64,000 bases of DNA from Pelagibacterium sp. (GTDB taxonomy: Bacteria > Pseudomonadota > Alphaproteobacteria > Rhizobiales > Devosiaceae), in contig NZ_DATMGM010000037.1 of assembly GCF_035555455.1 (NCBI RefSeq), forward strand, positions 84,996 to 148,995. Reading direction: 5' to 3'. Position 1 is the first letter of the stretch. Each line of letters begins with the position of its first letter. A program made the translations under genes and the position numbers. Below, one piece after another: positions 58,486 to 64,000 of the stretch. The notes beneath the pieces were generated by a model that was not told the DNA's origin, ran no database searches, and was given only the letters and a program-made list of their open reading frames with translations.

Positions 58486-58776
58486 ATGCGCCGGATTGTT
58501 ACGGTTGATCACCATGGCGGCTGCATAGGCTTGGGCGAGGACGCGAATGGCATTCCGGCACGCGGAGAACCGAAACAGGCCGCAGCCCTTCCGATGGATT
58601 TCAGGCTTCACCTCGCAAGCGGAGAAGTGCTGTTCGAGGGCCGTTGCGGTGACATCGATGCCGATTGGTGGAACGGTTTCGAGCCGCTGAATTACCTATG
58701 GCATCCGTTCCATTGCCGCCGCCTGTCATACCGCCGTGCAGGAACTCAAGACGCCTGGCGCTCGCTTCGCCCATAA
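58486..58776 (+). CDS. Hypothetical protein (96 aa, possibly truncated)
   Basis: AAGGA RBS and ATG at 58486; no recognisable motif. Confidence 0.35.
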   Translation: MRRIVTVDHHGGCIGLGEDANGIPARGEPKQAAALPMDFRLHLASGEVLFEGRCGDIDADWWNGFEPLNYLWHPFHCRRLSYRRAGTQDAWRSLRP

Positions 58777-58801
58777 AAAAATTGTATGGCCGCAAGTCGC
58801 C

Positions 58802-58830
58802 GCCGCCGTCCCAGCCGGGACGGCGGCTTT
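58802..58830 (+). terminator. Intrinsic terminator
   Basis: gccgccgtccc-agcc-gggacggcggc-ttt, 11 bp stem. Confidence 0.7.
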
Positions 58831-59040
58831 CGCGCGTCCATTCGGCATCGCGTTGGAAAAACACGCTCGCCGGGCGGGGCCCGGCTCGCAGGACAATGCA
58901 AGCATTGTCGGAACGCATTGGGGCACTGATCGGGTTACGCGGACCAGTTATCTCTCAACGAGGGCTACCCCTGTGGCCGGACGTACCGAATGATCTTTAT
59001 GCGGGCAGCGCTTGCGCGCCCGACATAGGGAGGAAGCGCC

Positions 59041-59824
59041 ATGCTCAGCATCGATTGGCGTACTCCGGCGGCTTACAGGCACACTAGGAATCTGCCGGCC
59101 GCCGGTTTCGCCTGGGAATACCTTCGCCGCAACAACGAATACCGCCAGGAATACAGGGCTCTGGCGGCGAGTAAGCAGTCGGCTTCCGGACATCTGGAGG
59201 CGTTCGTCGAGCGTTGGGGTGTGCGATTTCCCCAGCAATCCCGACGAGCCGCATGAACAGCAGACCATAATATGGTCGCCAAAACTCCAGCCACAAGCAG
59301 TGAGGTTATCAGAGGTCGAGGCCGATGGAGCTCACGGCAGCTCCTTGTTCACGCTGGCGCATCTTGATGGTCTGGAGCTTCGCCGAGCGACTGACGGCTG
59401 GCACGGCATATGGCGTCTAGACGGAATAGCGCACCAATTCTGGTTGCCGGATGGCACACCGGACACAGCAGCCAGCTACGCGGTGACTTTGCCGCTGGAC
59501 AGCTTTCTGGAATTGCGTATCCACGCGGCAAGACGACTGTGGCGCTCCCTGACACGCCGCCCGCCAGGCCCGGCCATCGGCACGCTCCCAGATCAATTGC
59601 GCGAATGGCACATCCTGTCCTTGCGCGCGCTGGACGCGAAACTGCGCGGTGAGAGCTATCGCGCCATTGCCGAAGTCCTGCTCGGCTTTCAGGGGACGAA
59701 AGAAGATTTTGAGAACGACCCGCGCAAGAACAAGGCGCGCCGTCTGGTCAAGCATGGCATCAGGATGATGCGGGGAGGCTATCGTCTGCTGCTTCACTAC
59801 CCGGTCAAGCCGGGCAAGTCCTGA
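59041..59824 (+). CDS. fseA: FseA-like activator (DUF6499 + DUF2285) joined by a programmed +1 frameshift
   Basis: ORF 59041-59256 (AWEYLRRN..Y) contains TGG GGT GTG CGA TTT C at 59215-59230; a +1 slip enters the DUF2285 frame (ALD....G.SYR.IA..L.G), giving 260 aa. Confidence 0.8.
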
Positions 59825-59840
59825 CACTGGGATCTCAGCA

Positions 59841-60128
59841 TCACGCCTTGTTTGCAGCGGCCTGCTCCAGAATCCGTTTATAGCCTTCACGCGAAAGCCA
59901 TTGCGCGCGTGCCAGGTGGCTTTGCCAGCAGCGGTAGGTTCGCAATTCTTCGCCAATCGGATCTCGGTGCAGAACGATCTGCGCCACTTCCTTCCAGTCT
60001 GCATCTTCGGCCTTGGCATCGAGTAGCCGCAGGTAGGTCACAAAATGCTGCTCGTCATACGGCGTGATCTGATCGCCGGTCGGCGCGACGTCATCGACAT
60101 CGGGATCGAGTTCAGTGGGTGTTTTCAT
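59841..60128 (-). CDS. qseM: QseM-like antiactivator (small DUF2285 protein)
   Basis: PYDEQHFVTYLRLLDA..ED....VAQIVL..DP...SHLARAQW.SREGY resembles QseM; convergent with fseA; RBS GGGAG. Confidence 0.75.
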   Translation of the reverse strand: MKTPTELDPDVDDVAPTGDQITPYDEQHFVTYLRLLDAKAEDADWKEVAQIVLHRDPIGEELRTYRCWQSHLARAQWLSREGYKRILEQAAANKA

Positions 60129-60183
60129 TTCACTCCCCATCCGAAGAATTGCCTTGCTTGCGGTGCGCCCCCGCAACTGGCCC

Positions 60184-60319
60184 CTTTGACCTGGTGATCG
60201 GGAAGTTCGAAACCGTGACTAGACGGCCCCATGGCCTTTAGGCGGGTAGCCCTGGACATACGCCATGGGCTCCCCGACCATAGGGTCAAGGAGTTTGGTG
60301 TCGTCACGGCCGACACCAA
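60184..60319 (-). other. Nested stem-loop region upstream of qseM (candidate cis-regulatory RNA or sRNA)
   Basis: Perfect 9 bp hairpin 60295-60319; 60184-60202 pairs imperfectly with 60273-60291; inner stem cccatgg/ccatggg. Confidence 0.4.
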
Positions 60320-60596
60320 CCGCTAGTCAGGGGTTTCGACGCCCCCGGAGCAGTGCGTCTGCTCCATCTACATTCATAGCTGAACCGCGCAGGATTGTCT
60401 TCGGCAATTCGACGAGGCAGCCATCTCGCCTCTGAAATCTCACGTCTTTTTCCGTGCCAGCCCCGTCTTGGAGGGGGTGCCGCCAGCGAGTGGTCGCAAA
60501 TGCGGCACGCTACACGCCGCCGGTGCCTCGCCATGGTTCGCCACAGTCCGCCGTCCCCGCGACGGCCTGTCTGTCTGACCAACCGGAGGCGATCCC

Positions 60597-60869
60597 ATGA
60601 CCCACGGCCGCAAAGCCGACCTGCCGCCGCGCCTGCTTCGCACCCAGGAAGCTGCACGCTTCCTCGGTATCTCGCTGCGCACCCTCGAAAAACACCGGAC
60701 CTATGGAACTGGGCCCGTCTATCGGAAGATCGGCGGGCGCGTCCTTTACACCCTGCACGATCTGGAGGCCTGGAGCGCAGTCGGCTCGCGGAAATCCACG
60801 CGCGACCAAAATGCCGGTACGGTCTTTCCGGCGCGTCCGCTCACCCCTGCCGAGAGGGGTGAACTCTGA
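60597..60869 (+). CDS. rdfS: RdfS/AlpA-like HTH excisionase
   Basis: LLRTQEAARFLGISLRTLEKHR..G.GP.YRKIGGRVLY...DLEAW; directly upstream of repA. Confidence 0.8.
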   Translation: MTHGRKADLPPRLLRTQEAARFLGISLRTLEKHRTYGTGPVYRKIGGRVLYTLHDLEAWSAVGSRKSTRDQNAGTVFPARPLTPAERGEL

Positions 60870-61898
60870 ATGCTGTGCACCAACGATCATAAACCGTCGA
60901 GGCGCGATGCTGTCAGCGAGCGCAGCCACCTCGACCCATTCGTCGTAGCCACCGGAGACGCCGCGCCGCGCGATCAGCGCGACCTGATGGAACGACCGTT
61001 CTTCTCGCTGGCCAAATCCCCGCGCACCAGGCCCATTCTCTACAAGGCCGCCGATGTGGAGGTGCAGGTGCTCGCCATGCCCGAGCACGGCATGGCGACC
61101 ATCTGGGATGCCGATGTGCTGATCTGGGCGGCGTCCCAGATCGTCGCGGCCGAGAACGCCGGCTTTCCCACCTCGCGCTTCTTTCGCTTCATGCCCTATC
61201 AGCTCCTGCGCGCGGTCGGCCGGTCCACCGGAAACCGCGACTATCTTCTGCTGAAGGCCGCACTCGCGCGGCTGCAATCGACCGTCATCGCGACCAGCAT
61301 CCGCAATGGCGCGCATTGGCGGCGCCGCCAATTCTCATGGATCAACGAATGGGAAGAGATGACGACGCGCAGGGGCCGCGTCGAGGGCATGGAGTTCGTC
61401 CTGCCCGAATGGCTCTATCAGAGCGTCATCGATCGCTCGCTGGTTCTGGCAATCGACCCGGCATATTTCCGGCTGAAAGGTGGCATCGAGCGCTGGCTCT
61501 ATCGCGTCGCCCGCAAGCATGCCGGACATCAGCCCGAGGGCTGGGTATTCGAGTTTTCTCACCTGCACCATAAATCTGGCAGCCTCGCACGGCCGTCTGA
61601 CTTCGCGCTCGATCTGCGCCGGATTGCAGCCCGCCAATCTCTGCCCGGTTATCGTCTCCAGATCGAGTGGCAGGACGGGCGAGAACTGCTGCGCTTTCTC
61701 CCTGCAAAACTATCCACAGGCACTGTGGATAACCCTATGGAGGCAATCGGGACATCGGGCGCACGCAGCATCGGGACATCAGGCGCAAATCGCCGCCGAC
61801 ACTCTATAGAAGACTCTAACAATAAAACTAACTCTTCTTCTTTGACGCGCGCGCATCCGAGCCATGGTGCTGGTGCCAACCGCCGAGCTGCGCCATGA
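60870..61898 (+). CDS. repA: Replication initiator protein A (Tn4371-type)
   Basis: RDQRDLMERPFFSLAK, GMATIWDADVLIW, L.RLQST...T.I, IERWLYR.ARKHAG.Q. Confidence 0.9.
   Translation: MLCTNDHKPSRRDAVSERSHLDPFVVATGDAAPRDQRDLMERPFFSLAKSPRTRPILYKAADVEVQVLAMPEHGMATIWDADVLIWAASQIVAAENAGFPTSRFFRFMPYQLLRAVGRSTGNRDYLLLKAALARLQSTVIATSIRNGAHWRRRQFSWINEWEEMTTRRGRVEGMEFVLPEWLYQSVIDRSLVLAIDPAYFRLKGGIERWLYRVARKHAGHQPEGWVFEFSHLHHKSGSLARPSDFALDLRRIAARQSLPGYRLQIEWQDGRELLRFLPAKLSTGTVDNPMEAIGTSGARSIGTSGANRRRHSIEDSNNKTNSSSLTRAHPSHGAGANRRAAP
61710..61850. other. Putative replication origin inside the repA 3' end
   Basis: Inverted DnaA boxes CTATCCACA (61710) and TGTGGATAA (61724); 18 bp repeats at 61746 and 61770 (17/18 identical); AT-rich tract at about 61800-61845. 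Confidence 0.55.
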
Positions 61899-63124
61899 TG
61901 CGCGCGCTCGATCTGTTCAGCGCAGCCGCCGGAGGCCGGTCGCTTGGCCTCCATCGCGCCGGCTTCATCACCGTTGCTGCCTGCGAGATCGTCAAATGGC
62001 GGCGCATCCTTTACGCAGAGAACAATCCTCATGTCCGCCTCTACGACGACATCCGTGGACTCACGGCAGCTCGCCTTGTTTCCGACCTTGGAATACTCCC
62101 CGACATCATCGTCGGCAGCCCGCCCTGCCAGGACATCTCCAGCGCCAACACCAAAGGCAAGGGGATCGAGGGCGAACGGTCGGGCCTCTACCTTGAAGCC
62201 GTCCGCCTGGTCGGAGATTGCCGCCCTCGCTGGTTCGCTTTTGAGAACAGCGCTAATCTCAGAACTCGCGGCGCTGACCGAGTGCTCGGCGAGCTGGAAG
62301 CGCTCGGCTACGCCACAGAACCGTGCGTGGTGGGTGCTGCGGACGTCGGCGCCAACCATATACGCAAGCGGTCATGGCTCATCGGCTATGATCCCGAGCA
62401 GCTTGCCAACACCCATGGCCTCGGATGGAATGAAAGACGCCGCAGGCGGCGGAGCGGGATCGACATATCCGCTGCGGGCAATCCTGGCGACTCCGAGGAA
62501 ATCGGATGCGGATCGAGGTGGCAGGGGCGACGTTCTCAGCCAGTTGCAGGGCCATGCCAGCCGCCATGCGGGTATGCTGCCGACGCCGGTGAAGCCGAAT
62601 GGCGGGCGCAGGTTGAGTCCGCGGGAAATCGAGACGGGCAAGCGGGAGAACGGGACGAAGGCGCAGATCGACACGCCGAACCTCTTGCGCCACGCGGCGG
62701 AAATCCTGCCGACACCCACGAAACGCGACAGCCGCATGGACGGCTGGAGCCCGGCCTACGATCGGCGCAATTCGCCGACGATGGATGCGGTGATGGATGG
62801 CGCGATGACCAATCGTGCGCCGGACAGATGGGCGGGAGCGCGGGCGCTGGCGGCGATGCTGCGGAACCATGGGCTAACTGGAACGGCGGCCTTGCCCATC
62901 ACCTACGGCTGGATGATGGGCTTTCCGCCTGGGTGGCTGACACGCGCATTGCGCTCGGCAGTCGCAAAGGGACTGCTGCGGCCAGCCTGATCGTCGAGGC
63001 GTTCGGCGACGCCGTTCTTCCGCAAATCCCAGAAGCCATCGGGCGCGCCATTCTGCGCACTGAAGCTGCACTCGACGCGGTGCTCGCCTGTACATCCTTA
63101 GACATTCCCGGAGAAGAACAATGA
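61895..63124 (+). CDS. C5-cytosine DNA methyltransferase, main (alpha-like) frame
   Basis: DLFSAAAGG (atypical motif I), GSPPCQDIS (IV), FENS (VI), RKRSW (VIII), EAFGDAVLPQ (X); no motif IX in this frame. Confidence 0.85.
   Translation: MMRALDLFSAAAGGRSLGLHRAGFITVAACEIVKWRRILYAENNPHVRLYDDIRGLTAARLVSDLGILPDIIVGSPPCQDISSANTKGKGIEGERSGLYLEAVRLVGDCRPRWFAFENSANLRTRGADRVLGELEALGYATEPCVVGAADVGANHIRKRSWLIGYDPEQLANTHGLGWNERRRRRRSGIDISAAGNPGDSEEIGCGSRWQGRRSQPVAGPCQPPCGYAADAGEAEWRAQVESAGNRDGQAGERDEGADRHAEPLAPRGGNPADTHETRQPHGRLEPGLRSAQFADDGCGDGWRDDQSCAGQMGGSAGAGGDAAEPWANWNGGLAHHLRLDDGLSAWVADTRIALGSRKGTAAASLIVEAFGDAVLPQIPEAIGRAILRTEAALDAVLACTSLDIPGEEQ
62031..62990 (+). CDS. Overprinted (beta-like) methyltransferase subunit in the +1 frame
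   Basis: Open frame 61944-62990 nested in the methylase, with four L[P/A]TP repeats and a terminal motif-IX-like TYGWMMGFPPGWL. Start uncertain (61944 or 62031). Confidence 0.6.
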   Translation: MSASTTTSVDSRQLALFPTLEYSPTSSSAARPARTSPAPTPKARGSRANGRASTLKPSAWSEIAALAGSLLRTALISELAALTECSASWKRSATPQNRAWWVLRTSAPTIYASGHGSSAMIPSSLPTPMASDGMKDAAGGGAGSTYPLRAILATPRKSDADRGGRGDVLSQLQGHASRHAGMLPTPVKPNGGRRLSPREIETGKRENGTKAQIDTPNLLRHAAEILPTPTKRDSRMDGWSPAYDRRNSPTMDAVMDGAMTNRAPDRWAGARALAAMLRNHGLTGTAALPITYGWMMGFPPGWLTRALRSAVAKGLLRPA

Positions 63125-63636
63125 CCCGGCGCACCTTTCCCGGCGCGCGCGGACGCGGTCTTGCGGATGCACCACCCTTCATCACGCTGGTCGAACTGAC
63201 GTTTCAGCGGAAGAAGGTCGAACACTGGATACGCTTCGGGCGCAAGAGCTACGAACAGATCATCGACCGCCGCCGCAGCGTCGTCGGGTTTGCGCCGGGC
63301 AGCGTCTTCGCCTTCGTCCGATGGGCGAATGGCGAGCATGGCACGGTCGTCTCCCGCATCGATATCGTGCGGGCCATCGGGCGCGGTGAGCCATTCCAGA
63401 CATTGCCGTTCGTCCGCCCCGGCGGCGAAATCCTGTTGCGCCTCGATGGCTGGCCGAAGGTGCAGCGCGGTCTTGCCGCCATCGACGCCGTGGAATCGCT
63501 CGGCCTCGATCCGGCCGACGCCGCACCGGAGCATTGGCGGCACGTCCACAACCGTTTGACCGCCAATCTGGAGCCGCACGCCTACACGCCCGAGCGACAT
63601 GCCGCGTGGCTTCATCGCCGAAGAATCGAGCCATGA
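63121..63636 (+). CDS. DUF2840 protein
   Basis: TLVELTF..KKVEHWIRFG, FAFVRWANGEHGT, PFVRPGGEILL, HVHNRL. Confidence 0.9.
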   Translation: MTRRTFPGARGRGLADAPPFITLVELTFQRKKVEHWIRFGRKSYEQIIDRRRSVVGFAPGSVFAFVRWANGEHGTVVSRIDIVRAIGRGEPFQTLPFVRPGGEILLRLDGWPKVQRGLAAIDAVESLGLDPADAAPEHWRHVHNRLTANLEPHAYTPERHAAWLHRRRIEP

Positions 63637-64000
63637 CGCGCCGCCGCACCCTCACGGTGACGGCGCTCGCCGCCATCGGCATCGCCGCCGCCAGCGCCGT
63701 CAATTGGCCCGTGAAACTCATCTGGAACGCGACGGCCAGCGCACCCATCGGCTTCTACACCGTCGAGCCGGCCGAGCGGATCGAGGTGCACGAGCTGGTC
63801 GCCGTCATGCCGCCCGAACCGCTCGCGGCCTTCATGGTTGAGCGCGGTTATATCGCGCGCTGCGTCCCGCTGTTGAAGCGCGTCTTGGGCCTGCCGGGAC
63901 AGCGGGTTTGCCGCTTGCGATCCACGATCACGGTTGATGGGATCGAGATGGGCGAGGCGCTGGACCGTGACAGCCTCGGCCGCGATCTCCCCGCCTGGCA
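63633..64000 (+). CDS. traF: S26-family conjugative pilin-processing peptidase TraF, runs off the right edge
   Basis: Manual translation MTRRRTL...LIWNATASAPIGFY...ERGY....PLLKRVLGLPGQRVCR; ATGA overlap with DUF2840. Confidence 0.88.
   Translation, partial: MTRRRTLTVTALAAIGIAAASAVNWPVKLIWNATASAPIGFYTVEPAERIEVHELVAVMPPEPLAAFMVERGYIARCVPLLKRVLGLPGQRVCRLRSTITVDGIEMGEALDRDSLGRDLPAW

Larger units (their letters stand above)
32079..64000. mobile_element. Composite integrative island / Tn4371-ICEMlSym-like ICE with defence cargo, continuing past the right edge
   Basis: att-like core at 32079, integrase remnant, defence genes, SOS cassette, and fseA/qseM/rdfS/repA/DUF2840/traF backbone. Confidence 0.85.

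Noticed and set aside
59012-59230. Start of the DUF2285 ORF at 59012
   Set aside because: No RBS and low-information sequence. The RBS (GGGAGG) precedes the ATG at 59041, and the frame is better explained by the +1 frameshift.
60239-60247. Single TAGGCGGGT matching the integrase arm site
   Set aside because: Lone 9-mer with no paired site at 12 bp and no core nearby.
60480-60545. FseA-binding inverted repeat upstream of rdfS
   Set aside because: Candidates (GGCAC-N14-GTGCC; AGCGAG-N15-CACGCT) are short and imperfect and cannot be distinguished from chance without alignments.

Overview
GC-rich alphaproteobacterial DNA (gene content and LexA box type suggest Hyphomicrobiales; inference) in two halves. 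Left, 1-31.8 kb, is metabolic chromosome: a partial TctC-type binding protein, a GntR regulator, a Tat-exported sugar isomerase-like TIM barrel, and a complete but rearranged eboA-F cluster with idi translationally coupled to eboB. These share a CTAGTATACTAG-like operator. Next come a peptide/nickel-type ABC operon with GDPD, alkaline-phosphatase-family and HAD hydrolases, and a GntR-controlled operon pairing a polar-amino-acid ABC transporter with sugar catabolic enzymes. Right, from 32.08 kb past the window end, is a composite integrative island starting at a tRNA-3'-end-like att core. It holds: (i) a 2.7 kb mini-element with an integrase remnant, paired arm sites and a DUF5343-like/HEPN/ADP-ribosyltransferase-like triad; (ii) a 9.1 kb module bounded by 62 bp direct repeats carrying Fic, SIR2-APAZ/short pAgo (SPARSA) and Hachiman; (iii) an AlbA_2(Schlafen)-GNAT fusion and a 1314 aa Rad50/RloC-like ATPase-HEPN protein with tandem LexA/S24-like domains; (iv) a LexA-boxed SOS mutagenesis block (dinB, SRAP, imuA-imuB-dnaE2); and (v) a Tn4371/ICEMlSym-like backbone (orphan methylase, frameshifted fseA, qseM, rdfS, repA with internal origin, a dual-frame C5 methylase, DUF2840, traF). 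The best candidates for undescribed systems are the ATPase-HEPN-S24 fusion, the HEPN/ART triad, the overprinted methylase and the Schlafen-GNAT fusion. All family assignments come from motif recognition only; no searches were run.
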